A DNA stretch of 60,733 nt, filler included, from Basidiobolus ranarum (GCA_040143965.1; 8 parts of 8 records of this genome joined end to end with filler, not necessarily neighbours in it), one strand, 5' to 3'. Positions 23,990 through 38,153 are shown, numbered from the whole stretch's first letter. Notes: generated from the sequence alone by a model not told the origin. Made by a program: numbers and translations.

Positions 23990-24545
23990 GAATGCCAATG
24001 TAGTCATATATTGCTTAATATCTAGTTATTTCAAATGTCTCTCAGATATGACCCCCTATTCTCAATCAGAATTTACTCAGAATATATTTATCAACTTGAA
24101 AGTTTTCAAAAATGTACATTTCTGAAACTAGTGCTTGAAGCCCCAAACCTTGCCCATATGCTTCTGGTAGCTTGCTTAATATACTATACATGTTTGTGTA
24201 TTTACATCTTGACAAAGCTACAAATTTCAACCTTCTACTTAATAAATTTTTAAGTAGCAACCACCAATTCTTCTAGTTCTCCAACAACTGCTAACAAACA
24301 CCTAAAAGTACTTTAACATTACCTTCTTGGTAGTTTGCAAAGTGTATGCTTTGTCAAACTGGTCCAACCACCCCAAACTTAGTGTGCAGGTTCCTGGGAA
24401 TTATCTGAACATATTGTGCAAATCTGTTTGTTTCCTTCCTGCCCAAAGCATTAATGTCAAGTTGACAATATAAGCCAGTAAATGAAAATCATTAATTCAA
24501 CTAGTTCTCCAGTTTAGTTCCAGCAATTACCACAATTGTTGCACA
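23990..24545 (+). mobile_element. Diverged family A LTR (ends 24318) followed by an older LTR-like relic
   Basis: Contains GAAGCCCCAAAC...CATCTTGACAAA...ACCACCAATTCTTCTAGTTCTCC...TACTTTAACA; a weaker second copy lies at about 24340-24545. Confidence 0.65.
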
Positions 24546-27500
24546 GTATATTGTAAGGAAGCCATAAAAACAGGACCTCAGAGCTGCTGAAGCAGGAGAC
24601 ATTGATAGAGCAGGTCTGGACCAATATGAGTTTCATAAATGTCAAGATTTACTGTTGAAAGAATATACCAACAGAACCAGTTGTTCTTCTTTGATACTTC
24701 ATGGCAACATAAGTTAGTAAGCCTTGGGGAAGTTAAGAAATTACTCTGTAAAGAGTAGACAATGTGTATATTGAACCAGATGCTAGGAAGCCTTAGCATT
24801 TGTAATAACCTTGTAAAAGTCATATGACCAGGGCAGGAATACTAAGAACAATACTCTAACTAACTGATACACTTTATCAGACTAATACATGTTAGGTTGG
24901 AAAAAACACTACGTCAAAAAGTATATTAGTCAATAAATATGAGTACTTGACTTCTAGGTAGTACAAAGAATCAGTTAAAATAGTTAGTAATATACATTAT
25001 TGATTAGTAATATGTATAACTATCAGAGAAAATTGGTGAGCATATGACACCTTCATATGAATTGTTAGATTTTGAATACAACTTAACTGGGAATTTAAAT
25101 ATACCTTTCTTGAGATATTGATGTGTGTTTTTCATATTATGGAAGTATTTAGGAAATTCGAAAGTACTTCATGTAATCTATATGCTTGAATTGAAAACAA
25201 GCATTGATTGTGTGTTAAGTACAATATCAAAGAATATTAGACATTGTTGCGATATTGAAGAGGGCTGTGCTTTGAACCATTGGCGCACGTAGATTTTGAC
25301 ATCACTAAACATAGATGCGCCTTAACAGTAAATATATTGTTGAATGTGTTTCAGAACTCAGTAAGCAAAGGTCAAATATGAGATATGGATATTTAGGTGC
25401 TATGCTCTAGTATTTATCCTATTGGTCTTTGCTCTGAAATACGGTGTAGCTCTAATGGCAATTCAGATGGGTTTAGTACTGTCTATGTTGATCTATCTAC
25501 AAACTCACTTCTCCCTTACATTATCAGAACTATCCGGATTTGAATTGCAACAAGTAACCTTTAGACATATTTGTTATTCCTGATGTACTGGATACTCTTT
25601 AATGAAATAATTGGATATAAATATATCTTAGACATGAATCTGGGAACTTTGTACATATATATAGTAAGCTCTGCCGAATGTTTGGAACTCCTGTTCGAAT
25701 CAGGATTTGCAGTTTATAAGAGGCAACATCCACTCCCTTGTAGTAGCTATTTAGTGACTACGTGATTATAATCATAGACTTCGACGTACAGGGGTAGATA
25801 GAAAGCACTTGGCACCATGCACTCTTGCAATTGCCGTGTATCACGTGCCTATCTGCTACAATGCAGTATACTAAGAGTACCAAACATTATCTCCGGGATC
25901 AAGGCTTGGAAGAAACCATTACTACCTTTCCTCAGGCAGTACCAAGTTTCTACAAGGTATAAGGTTGGCCCTGAATCAAGTAGGGATCATGGAGTAGAAT
26001 AAGTCTGAGACATGATTTCTATGGTCTTTATCATGGCCATATTGGCATAGGATATAGAGGTCATTTATCCTAGTCTCCAAGTTTCCTGGTTGAAAATGGT
26101 GGGATTATAATTCCAATTGAGAGAGCACTTCCTTGCTCTGACTCAATTTAATAAAATGGCAAATATGGCACTTGTATGAGAAGTATTGTTATCCTCCGAA
26201 AATAGTCTCACTTACGAATGGCTCACTTAAGCTTTCGAGACACTTTGAGCAGAGGATTCAGCTTTACTTGGTTGCATCTGTCTGCTGGTTGCTGACATTT
26301 CGGCTCTGATACCATCACATCTATATAGTTCATTTCGGTTGTGTGACCGGAAATGCGGCTGATCTATCATTTGATAGTATTTACGCGATATTTGCCAAAA
26401 GAATGTGATCAGCATCAAGCCTGACTGCTTTTAGATTTAAAGAGTCACTTGAAATTCTAGTGCCTCGAGCTAATGGGTCCATAACAAGGAACTGGTTTCT
26501 AAATATCTTTACTAGTGTATATGATGTTATTGAGTCAATTAGGAGAGCGACTTCAGGAGCGGTTCAGATAAAACCAACATAACGGAAAGTATGATAGTTC
26601 GCACATTGTGCAGAATTGAATCCACCTAACGTCGTTTGTCTTACACCTTTCGTGTCTTCGGGACATTTCAATCGAGTGTTGGGACTTCTCAATCATGAAG
26701 TTGCCATACCAATTGCACCAGTTAACTCATCGACATAGTCACCAACCTGAGGACATAATGAATCTAATTGAAACAGGATCGACTGCCTATGTGCCTTCAT
26801 ATTCATGGATAGATTGAGGTGAGTGTTGTGTTGTCTAGTGAGTAAAGATGGTGCTGAATGGGTTAAGAAAAATCGATTGTCTTGGATTAATTTGTGCAGA
26901 GTTTGACATATACTCCATATCAGTAGAAAGCTGGTGTCACAAGAAGATTTGCTGTCGACTTTGAGTGTAATGAATTGTAATGTTTACGATGGAAAATCAA
27001 CGTAATTGTAACCACAAATGTACCGAGGATTTCCAGAAACCCATCCTGAATTTGGCATTTCTGAAGGAGTGACCTTGCCTGTAATGGATAATTTCACACT
27101 ACAGATTTTATTTGCAATTATCACAGTGATATACTTTAGGGTGTACAGATCTACTTGCACAATGTTGTTTCGCTAATCTAGAGCTTCCTTACCTTCGACG
27201 CGGTACGGAACAATAAGGCTACTTAAGTGAAATGGCAATGATAGTCCAATGCCGTGACAGGCGATTAAAACCATTTTAGGTCACATCTTTTGTTGACCTA
27301 TCAGCTGGTGAAGGAGAGAAACGATCACCATGATTTTGCTTCTCCTTTGCAAAGGCCATTCTGGCTTTAGAAACATACCTAAAGCCAACATCATCGACGC
27401 TAAGGAATAGCAGTAATCCACAAGGGTTTAGAGATATCATACGAGTAAATCGAAATGATGTCACCTATTCATTGGACAATTTGATTAATAAGCTACTAAG

Positions 27501-29974
27501 AGGCTTGCCTGATCTTAATCACATAGAATTTGTGTTCGTAAAACGGAGCTTTTGCCGAATATTGCACCAGTGAGTTGGTCGCTGTCTCCTTGTACTCTTC
27601 GCTTCTGATCCAAATCAACCGGATCATTTGGTAGGAATTTAGTGAGCGTTTTGTTCCATCGACCTCAACTTCATTGACTATGGTGATCTTATTGAGTCTG
27701 GTTGTATTCCTTGTTACACGCGTCTGTATTTCTGGCGGGTATTCGAACAACTGAATTATATTATATTGAGACGCGAGTGTTATTTCAGAGAACCATCCAA
27801 ATCGAGAAGCAATATAAAGGATCATCTGTGAGTCGAGTAGGGTGTCTCATCATAGAATATTCATGAGTAATTCAAAAGATAAAAACCAATCATATCTCCT
27901 GAAACTGAATTAATACCCAAATATCCTATTATTTTCACTGACATATATGGCTACATGAGAAACGTGGCGAGATTGTCCAAGATATCCTCACCAATCGGAG
28001 TATTATAGAATTATGCACACAATAGGGTGGTTGGCCCTAAGACTTGCCTTGAAAGGCGGGCACTGGAGTAGAAGTGATGCTTCTGCAGCATCATGTAATA
28101 TTTTGAGCATAGTACCTAGTCAGAGGTTTACCAGCAGAAGGACGGTTATGACCCGCTATGGCCGGGTTTGATGCGTGGGTAGCAGAAATACGATACTGAA
28201 TCATGCCAAACTACGGTTAACTATTCTCGTTGTGAGGTTCTACTTAGAATCCATCCAGCGTGGTAACTTGAGCTAAATTCTTGCTATCCACAGCTCCCGA
28301 TGTACTGGAGAAACCGTTGTTATATAGTTATGGGTTGTTATAGATTACATGTATTTCTGAGAAACAATCAGCGTAAATAGCTTCTTCAACTATATAGTTC
28401 ACGTATTAATTCCTGCTAATATCAGGAAAACTGTTTATATATATATTATATTATAAGCAATACTATCATAGGATATTGTTTAAGAGAAAAATATTGCCTA
28501 AATCTTGCTTAAAATAGCCTTGCTTTACTATGCTAACAAGATCGTCTGTCAATCATGTACAATCAGCAATGAAGCGACTTGGGGGCCTCACACAATACCC
28601 AGAATGGTACCTGTTTTGGTATTTTGCCCCAAGAAATATTCAAGGATGATCTCTATTTGTATGGCATGGTAAGTATACTTATAGTGAAATATCAGAACTC
28701 TTGATACTGATACTCAGCAAACTCCATGAATCAGGTTCTTGGACTCAATAGTCAGTAAAGGTTACATTTTAATCGGACTTCGGTTGTCATTTCTACATGC
28801 TCTGCACAATTATGTATTGCTAGGATATAATATGTAACATCTACACCTAAACTATTCGAATCATGGATTCGTATCAATCTGAAATAACTTCAACACCCGA
28901 TTTGATAGACGCGGAGATATGCAGATTTACAGAGCTCTTGCCTTTTCCTAAGCAGAAACTCAAGAAGATACTTCAGCCTGTAGGTTGGTTTCAAGGTTCA
29001 TGTGAAAAACCTATCCACAGAGTCGTGTGCATATCGTTGCCCGTCAAGGAGCAACACAATATGTCCTTAATAGCACAGCAGATGGTTAGCCGATTTGATA
29101 TATTCGAGTAGGGCCTAACTATTAGTGCTCTTCAATTTACAATGGATCCTCTTTTTAAAGGGGAGTGGCACTTTGTCCCTGTTCTCATGTAGCATTTGAG
29201 GGGAGTGGTTTTTGAACTATTGCCAAACAAGCCTCTACATAGTTGAAAAGGTAGTTGGTAAGCGTCAGTCCTTATTGGTTAGCATGTAATACGTTGCTTA
29301 CTTATGATCAATCGTGGAGAGAAGTAGAAAGCATGCTAATCCAAGGAAGATCTCGAGATCAGCCTTCAACTCATCGACTTGGCTCTGTTTCAGAAACCTG
29401 TTGGTGCTGCTATATGGGGATGCCCTCAAAAATAGTTGTTAGTACAAATGACCCCATTTTTCTGTGCGTTGTCTCGCCTAAGCTAGGGTTAAATCAAGCC
29501 AAGTAATACAATGCTCATTTCAAATTGTTTCCAAGTGCAATTTCACAGCAGATGATTTCCCGTTAAATTCCGCTTTTGACGATCTTTTTTCTGTACATCA
29601 CTATAAATTTCTAGAGAATTCTATTATAGTTTCGATATTATGATTGTCCACTTCATAGCAGAAAAAGGTAAAATTGAAGTCAACCACGATCAGAAGAATT
29701 GTAGGAGCAAGCCCACATACACTAACATTGATCCCAAGAAGAATCTACATTAAATTGAGGCAGCCGTGCTCCAGCTTCATTTCGACTTATCCGCTTTTAA
29801 GTGGCATGTGGCCAAGGGGAAATGGTTTGATACAGAGCATAGGGGCCACGAAGCTGGAGAAAATTTATTACCTGTTTCGTTGTTACTATATAATGCAAAG
29901 GTTGGCGCACTTCTCATTTGTAAGATCCTTTTATCATTCCTTTTTATTTTACTGTTCGAAATAGTAAAGTTACA

Positions 29975-30372
29975 ATGAGTTTTTCAAAAGGCGAGCAAAT
30001 CTCGGAGGAATGCATGGAGTCTCCTATTCTACCCAGTCCACGCTCACTGTTCCCTGAGTTATTCAGAGAGAATCTACATCACACCAAGATTAATGTCACC
30101 TCCTTCAAGTCCCAACCTTTAGCCATACTTGTAAATGATAGCCCCGATAAATCTTTGACCCCACAGAAACACAAATCTATAAGCATTTTTGGGTGTTGCG
30201 AAGTTGGCTGCAACTGTGATGCCAACATATTGGGTAGCTCTGTGAGTTATAGTTCTTCGGAGGCGTATTCTGGCTCATCATCCTGTGGTTCATCTCCCAC
30301 GCCATCGTCTCCAGAGGGATTCAGCTATTTACGCCAACTCCCGGAGCGAAAGAGCAACTTCAATGATTGCAA
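29975..30372 (+). CDS. Hypothetical Ser-rich protein, 5' part (possibly a transcription factor N-terminus)
   Basis: Open for 132 codons to the contig end; contains LPSPRSLFPELF and S/P-rich segments; no recognisable domain. Confidence 0.45.
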
Positions 30373-30472
30373 NNNNNNNNNNNNNNNNNNNNNNNNNNNN
30401 NNNNNNNNNNNNNNNNTTAATTAATTAANNNNNNNNNNNNNNNNNNNNNNNNNNNNNNNNNNNNNNNNNNNN
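30373..30472. other. Artificial contig linker
   Basis: 44 N + TTAATTAATTAA + 44 N. Confidence 0.99.
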
Positions 30473-30866
30473 TAGTCATATATAACTTAGTAATTAGTTA
30501 TCTTATAGCTCACTACAATATTGTCAATTATTCTCAATCAGAATTTACTTAGAATATTTTTACCAACTTAGAAGTTCTCAGATTTATAGATTTTTCAAAC
30601 TTGTGCTAGAAGCCCCAAACTTTGCACACATGTTCTTGAGATCTTCCTTAACACATTCTACATGTTAGTTTGTTTACATCTTGACAAAACTATAAATATC
30701 AACTTTCTACTCAATAAATCAATAAGTGAAAACCACCAATTCCTCTAATTCTCCAAGCCACTTCCAACAGGATCCCAAATACTTTAACAAATAAATCAAT
30801 AAGTGAAAACCACCAATTTCTCTAATTCTCCAAACCACTTCCAACAGGCTCCCAAATACTTTAACA
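30473..30866 (+). mobile_element. Copia LTR family A (5'-cut) with tandem duplication of its last ~77 bp
   Basis: The LTR ends TACTTTAACA at 30789; ATAAATCAATAAGTGAAAACC...TACTTTAACA is repeated to 30866. Confidence 0.85.
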
Positions 30867-31084
30867 TGATTTATGTAAATCAGAATCCAATCACAAGAAT
30901 GAAGGAAATGCTTTAATAGGCTATGGGAAACCTTCCTATAAAAATTGAAAGGACTTTAAGAAGAAAAGTAATGCATTCTGTGATTACTGTAAAAGAACTG
31001 GCCACTTGAGCAAAGATTGCTATAAAAGAATTGCAAAAGAAGAAAAGCATACTGAATCTGGAAATATGGTTATAACAGAAGAAA

Positions 31085-31345
31085 CTTGGCACCCATGTGC
31101 CTGAGACCTTCCTTAACACATTCTACATGTTAGCAAGTTTACATCTTAACAAAAGTATAAATGTTAATTTTCAACTTAAAAAATCATTAAGTGAAAACCA
31201 CCAACTTCTCTATTTCTCCAAACCACTTCCAACAGGCTCCCAAATACTTTACACAAAATACCTTAATATTTTAGTTCAGTATGGAACAACTGAATACCAA
31301 GCTATATATGACTATATTGATATTTAGGCTATGCCAAATTCAACA
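31085..31345. mobile_element. Two family A LTR fragments in opposite orientation
   Basis: A 3'-half fragment on + (about 31085-31255) and a 5'-end fragment on - ending GCCAAATTCAACA at 31345. Confidence 0.7.
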
Positions 31346-33410
31346 GATACAATCCTACATCTACCCAGGTGATTAGCACATTTGAAAATGGATTTAGTCT
31401 CAGTGTATTGCATAACCAAGAGTCAACCATTAACAGCCTTTGCTCAATATAATAGTGCAAAATGAGTAGTGCCCCTGAAGGTAGAGATATTTACTGATTT
31501 TCAATACAAACTTACTGAATTATGCTTGCATAGTCAGTTATACATGATGGTGCTAATTTGAAATAATGAATTTAGATTTGAAGCCTTGGCAGCCACGATC
31601 TACAAGATTCAGGTTGTTAATGGCATCGTTTGCATGGATTACTTCACATCAGGAGATCGACTGAGTGTTTGCCATGAACTCTAGTACAAACATGTTAGTA
31701 CTTACGCGTAAGCCATGGAGTAAAATACCTGAGACCAAGCGCCATCGATAAGCTAAGGTTGTGTGGGTGTAACTAGCGCAAGTACCCTTGAAGTGAGTAC
31801 CGAATCCAATCAGGAGAAAACCCACCGCAATAACTAGCATATGACTAGAGATCTGGTATTATTATCGTTTTCAAGAGCAGGAGTCAAAATCGGAGTGCCA
31901 CACAAAATACAGCAAGTCATCTAACCAATAAATGAATTGAAAAACACTCTTGGCAGTGAACCGGGATCAATTGCTGTCTCAAGATGCGATTCAGATACTT
32001 AATTTAATGCCTCTGAGGCTTCTGTGCAATTTTCCGTTCAGCTCATTTCGTTTGATTTTTGGGATGGTTGCCCAATGAGAAGCCACTCCATTTTCTCTCT
32101 CCAATCACATTTCCGGATTATCCAAGAAAAGCAAGCAGAGAGGGAGCCAAAGTCATGGCCTCCTAGGATCAGGTAGAATAGAAAAGGGAATTTCCCATAC
32201 CCTCGATTTCAGAAAAAAACCTGTTTGCGCCTTTTCTTCCCCACCAGGATCGATGTTCAGACGTTCGCTTTGGGCAGGATAGATCTTTGGTTCATTGGAA
32301 GCAGAAGGACTTTCCTACTAACAAGCCACCCAGTTAGCGAGCTCCTTTGGTGTCGCCTCTTTAGCGACACCTAATGCTGTTTCCGTTAGCTATGTACCTG
32401 GGAGTCTACACCTCCACTACCGGGTACGGTTCTAGGGTGCTTAGGTACACTATTGGCACAACAATTTCCAAACCAATACTGTGGATTGGCGATATTAGCT
32501 TATTCTCAAGCGCCCGAGTTCGATGATTTGCTTCTCAGCTTAAAATGCCAATGCCTTCCAACTCTGCGCCTTGTCAGCAGCCATCGGTAATAGTGCCAAT
32601 TATCTGCCAAAAGCAGCTTGCCCACTAGCTACACAGATCGTGGTTACTATGTATGCAAGCATGTGTAATGATAACCAGTTTATTCTTCATCCCTGGAGCT
32701 CTTCCACCCGTAAATCCTCATTGGCGCCTACTATCCTCCATCAAGTCAGGGTACGTTCCCCAGAATGCCACTCGACTACGTCAGTAGGTCGGCTATTACA
32801 GATTCATCTGCTCATATCTGCTTTTATTCGATTTTTGATTTACTCTCGTCACTGTCCTTCGGTCAGGTGCAGGTACCCTACCTGGACTACTAATGTGGCA
32901 AGCTAGCATATTGGGTCTGCCACACTGGATTGGTCATCTATTTTAGCCATACTACCAATGTCCCAACGGGTTTTTCCTAATTTGGTTTATACCATCTCCC
33001 ATCCGTTCTCATCCATTACCCGAGTCGATCAACTCTTCCACTCTATCAATTGCCAGTACCACCGGAACTTGGTAAAAGTAACCTGGGCTCCCTTATTTAG
33101 CTAGAAAAGTTTGTCACTCATCCATGAATACTCTTCATTTACTCTTCTCATCTTATCAAACGTTTTCTCTTCCTTTAAGGTCTGAGATTTTCTTGTCTAT
33201 TTTCTTCGTATATAACTTTCTTTTTTAAATACCCCTTCATACTTCAATAGTATTCTTTGCACGTCCTTATCCCCATTACGATATACTTCAACTGACATTC
33301 GACGAGAATTTCCTGTGGTTAACTGAAGCGATTCCTTTTCTGACACTCCAAGAATATCTAAAATTAACTACCCACTGTTACCTCTCACTCAAAGTACTTC
33401 ACAAGCACAA

Positions 33411-34228
33411 ATGTCGAAGTTTACTTATAATCGGAGGCGTCTTGGCGTTTCAATTGTCCGCCCAATCTTTCTCGTACTTGTCCTCTTCGAATTGGTAAGC
33501 TCTTTTTTCCAAGCTATAAATGTATATGTCAAAATACCAGTTTGAACTCACAAATTCGCTTTCTATTTCCAGATCACGTACTCTTTTTTGTTATATTTCG
33601 ATTTGGTTCAATTACGCTCGCGAGTTCTTTACATCCCTTTAATTACCAACGGGATATTTATACTAGTTGCAGCCTTGGCAGTTTTGGGTACCTTGCGATA
33701 TGTCAAGAAAATTCTTCTACTAGTAAGTGACTAGATTTAATATTAATTTTTATGAGCAAAGAATTTATGTGTTACATACGCATTGCTTAGTATTTTATCT
33801 GGTGTCTTCTACATATCATATGGATTATACTATGCCTCCTTACAAGCTTACATATGATCAAACTTGACCACGGACTTCCAGCTACTGAAGAAGTGCTTGA
33901 TTCATCCAACTCGCCCTCCGAAATACTCTCAGAGATTGCTCAGTGGTTCTTATCTACACCTATTCCTTATGCGTATTCAATGGGTTGGCAACTAAGTAAG
34001 CCACTAGGGATTGAGGCCCATACATTAGTATTGATCGTGTTGGTGTGGCAATTTGTTATAATAGTGAGTATTTCTTTTGATTTTGGCCGATGGAATTTTT
34101 TACTCATGAAACTAAATCTGCATTGTGAATAACAACAGACACTATCCGGAATCTTTGCTCTGTTAGTTAGAAGAGCATACCTGGCCGAGCAGCGTAGTTG
34201 GGACGATCTGGATAACTGGGCAGTCTGA
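33411..34228 (+). CDS. Hypothetical 198-aa four-transmembrane protein (4 exons)
   Basis: Exons 33411-33494, 33573-33722, 33791-34063 and 34139-34228 are joined by three phase-0 GT-AG introns into one ORF with four hydrophobic segments: MSKFTYNRRRLGVSIVRPIFLVLVLFELITYSFLLY...YFIWCLLHIIWIILCLL...TLSGIFALLVRRAYLAEQRSWDDLDNWAV*. Confidence 0.75.
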
Positions 34229-36664
34229 AACGCCATATGATATATTCAGCAATGGCATCTGCTACGATGCACCTATCAGTTCATGATAGCTTCTTTTCAA
34301 TTGTATATTTTTATTACCGCTATTTGCATTCAAAAACGAAAAATCACAACTCTTCAACATGGACCAAGCGAAACTTTTCGCCAAATCCATCAACGTACAT
34401 ACACATCAAACAAAGCCAAAAGGCAACGAAGAGGCCTTTCTATATCATACAACAAACCATTGGAACGACAAACCACTGTCTAGCAGACATTCTCCAGAGC
34501 TTTGTAGAGATTTACGCCCCTTACCCCACTGACCATTAGACTCAAACACTTCACGTCAGTGATGCACAAATTTGAATCCATCCCCCAGACTTTCGATGCA
34601 TTCCATTTATCTTGATGTAATATAAATCACTGTATACCCATTCTCAGTTACCCTATTTTGGTTATTGTGCTTCCTTTTGTCAGCTTGTACTATTCAAAGC
34701 AACTTGCTAGTCAATAACTCCGAGTAAATCTCATTGAAAATACGGAAACTCCACATGACTTGATATCTCTGTCTAAAAAGATCTACTCCCAAGAACCATC
34801 AAAACCTCGCTATCAATGATCCTTTTCTTTTCGTGTTGGACCTTAGAAATGCGCCCAATTTTGTGTTAAAACAAAGCCTTGCAATGAACTTTAGTTACGA
34901 TTAATGCACAATGGTAGCAATAGCTAAGAGCCTCTGTCTAGTAAGGCAATAGTGTCATCAACAAAACGGTGTTTCAAACAAGTTCTAAATAAATGAAGTC
35001 TCATGTCGAAGGACCCCATCCGAAAGCCGGAATACCTCTTCAATCAGACACTCTGATGGTACAAAGGAAGGTTCTATGAAATCTTCATCTTACTGTTCCT
35101 AACCACAATAGTCCAACCATGATGTCATCGATAGAATAGCCCATTTCAAAAATGGTTTAGTTCATGATGTAACCAATGAACGCCTCGACTATTATATTGG
35201 CGATTTCAATTCAAGCTGTAGGTATGAATGAGGTTTCCTAGATGAGCCATGATTACAATGAAAAAGGTAGGGCTCGTGAAAGCGAGTACATCTCTTAAGA
35301 TACCTCTAGTCCTTGGTTACTCGGAGCTTTATTTACTAATTACTTAATTGGCTCCACTTATATTAATGTAACACTTACTTTGACTCCTTGTATTTTAAGT
35401 TTTCTTTACAATTAAGGAATGACTGAGATGTGGCACGTGAGGATTCTATTAATAAAGTTTGATTTCCAAGCAAGAAGGCAATGTATAAATATAGATCAGT
35501 ATGGAGTCCTCTTGCTGTAACGATTTGCGTGCCATTTCTTCAAGGTGAAAGATGGTCAGTGACTATGGTGCCAGTTTCAGCAGAATAATCGTAAGTGAGC
35601 TAGTATAACTGGCATTGACCTGTTTTTGCTACCTCGTGTAGGAAATGTCGACTCAAGTGCCATATTTTGTATCCACAAAGCCGCTGAATAAGAAAAGACA
35701 TGCGATTTTGGTGATTAGCTCAGAAGCATACATGCAATATGAAGTATTTTAAATGAAGGTAGAATATCCACCTGTTTTGGAAGGAACCATCATTCGGTAG
35801 TAGCACCATATTCATAATACCTTCACTATAAATGACTGAACAAGGTTTTGGTTTACAAGCCCGGGCATCTGATGGCATCACTCTGTAAGGAAGTTGCTCC
35901 TAATCACTACCTGGGTATAGCTAACTAAAGTGAGGTAAAATAAGCAGCCTAGTGTGAACTAACTCTAGAAAGCTTCAAACCCATGGAATAAAGGCGAGTT
36001 GCTTTTTTTGTTCCCAATACAACTGCAGTAGCAGTTATAGGCTTAATTTTATGTTAGTGACCAACAAATAAATGCCATATATTCAGCCTTTTGCTAAGAA
36101 TACCAAAGTGATTATTTGTAGTTTCATTTACTGCCTATCATAAATGGTATCTGCTCAGTAGATGTGTAGTTTGTATGCATTACTAATTTTATCAGAATGG
36201 AGCTAACTACCAAGTTTATTCTTGGAGTTGAATGCAGCAGGGTGAATATGTTCTAGGTAAGCTTGAAGCAGTTGGGAGACTCTCATATATTCTCCTAATT
36301 GTTCTAGGGGTTATCATTAATTCTCATACATGCACATTATTTATACTAATTTATTGTAATGGGAGGAAATCAAACGACTAGTCACCAAACCAACAGCCTG
36401 TGAATATCCTGAAAAACTATGCTAATTTCCCATTTTTTCACCCATGTTTCGATATTTTTTTTCTGTGACTCTTCTCACCATATCCTATTAGGATATGATG
36501 ATGTTTGTTTTGTTCAGATTATTATGATGATTTGAATTCGAGGCTAAAGTATTCATATCAACGATTATAGTTGCTATTTAGGAGTGAGCTGTTGATATTT
36601 ACAAGAGATATCCTTTTACAATCGAACTTTAGGAAGTACTTTTTTATCTTTGACCTTTTTCAGA

Positions 36665-37968
36665 ATGTGCGAAGAGGACGTCACTACTGCGGTGGAATTT
36701 CTAGAACATCAATCTGCATTAGAAGCAGAAGCCAGAGAACAATATCCTGGTAAATTCGAACGGTGTACCCATAGTCTAGGGTATCTACACCAAGAGCTGT
36801 ACGTGTGCAAAACATGTACTCCTGATTCAAGTGTTTTCGAGAAGTCTAGTGAGGAGGATTTTTCTTTGAATAAGGAGCCTGATTGGTATCCTGGCGGCAT
36901 TTGCTATGCTTGTAGTATTGCTTGTCACGCGGACCACGATCTTCTTGAATTATGGAGTAAGCGTGGTTTTAGGTGCGATTGTGGACTAGAAAACAAATAT
37001 CCAAATAAGTCGTGTACTCTACAACCCAAAGATATAAACACCGATAAGAACATCTTAAACAAATATACTCACAATTTTATTGGGCGTTATTGCTGGTACT
37101 GATTCTACTGATTGACTTTTCTCCATTGAGGTACCTCTTGATGCTAATCTTCTGCCCTGCCTCTTAATCTACAGGTGTAACGCGATATATGATCCTGAAT
37201 CAGAGGATTCGTATATGGCACAGTGTTCTATCTGCTGTGACTGGTTTCATGACAAATGTATAGGAATAGAGGTTTGTATTTTGAATTTTTTTAACACCGC
37301 TTTACAAAGCTACTCAAAACTGAAGATATAATATTTTATAGAGAGAAATGTTGGATAGTTGTGATGGTTTTGTTTGTCGTAATTGTACTGAGCGGTATTC
37401 ATGGCTACGAAAAGTTGGTGCTCTAGCTGCTCAAGAGTGTCAAAACTCGAATCAAACCACTGATACTGCTAGTGCAGTACAGACCAATTCGTGCTTGATA
37501 AAACCTATAGTGATTGACAAATCCAAACCAAATCAACCCGAGGCAGCAGAACCTTCAAGTAAATATACTCAATTTAGCCAACGGTTAGTCATGTCAATAG
37601 CTGATTGTGGAATTGATTTATCATTTAGATGAGAACGCTTCAACTTCTGTGCAAACCAAACGGCAGCCTGAAGAGATTATTGATGTTGAGACTGTTCCGA
37701 AGAAAGCCAAACTTACGGACGAGTCTAACTGTAAGAAGGAGGATACTAAGAAAGTGGAAGGCGAATGTAAACTTAAAGGTATGCATATGTTGTCCCTTCT
37801 AGAATTAAATGGTAATTGATGCCAATTGCTTTTTACCGGATCCTGTAGATGTTGAGCCTATATCCCAAGATGTCCATTTACATCTGCTTTGCATGAGCGG
37901 TTGGAAAAAGCGGATATGTCAGGGTCAGGAGGTAATTGCCCACATATTGCGTTTAGGGTCTAGATTGA
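36665..37968 (+). CDS. UBR7: UBR-box + PHD zinc-finger E3 ligase (UBR7/Mlo2), 3' cut by contig end
   Basis: TAVEFLEHQSALEAEARE...CTHSLGYLHQELYVCKTC...GICYACSIACHADHDLLELWSKRGFRCDCG...NKYTHNFIGRYC; PHD MAQCSICCDWFHDKCIG...FVCRNC. Confidence 0.92.
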
Positions 37969-38068
37969 NNNNNNNNNNNNNNNNNNNNNNNNNNNNNNNN
38001 NNNNNNNNNNNNTTAATTAATTAANNNNNNNNNNNNNNNNNNNNNNNNNNNNNNNNNNNNNNNNNNNN
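37969..38068. other. Artificial contig linker
   Basis: 44 N + TTAATTAATTAA + 44 N. Confidence 0.99.
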
Positions 38069-38153
38069 TTTGGCGCCTGGAGACACATACTCCATTCGTG
38101 TGATCACTGACACAGGCAGCGACCGCTACAGCCACTACTTCAAGATCAAATGA
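38069..38153 (+). CDS. 3' end of a Kre9/Knh1-like (Ser-Thr-rich GPI-anchored family) Ig-like domain protein
   Basis: LAPGDTYSIRVITDTGSDRYSHYFKIK* matches the G..Y.I......YS..F.I pattern, but only 27 residues are visible. Confidence 0.45.

Noticed and set aside
20919-24318. Recurring ~350-bp repeats as a CRISPR array, satellite or MITE
   Set aside because: TG..CA ends, 5-bp TSD, PBS and PPT identify them as copia LTRs; there is no repeat-spacer periodicity.
24900-29900. Short ORFs in the long gene-poor stretch of contig 4
   Set aside because: No domain, codon bias or exon chain recognisable by eye.
32349-32371. GC-rich hairpin GGTGTCGC-N7-GCGACACC as a Helitron 3' end or terminator
   Set aside because: No CTRR-T end in the expected context and no second copy; an 8-bp stem is expected by chance in 60 kb.
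35070-35232. YYIGDFNS peptide resembling a LINE AP-endonuclease motif
   Set aside because: A single short motif with no other endonuclease or RT motifs nearby.
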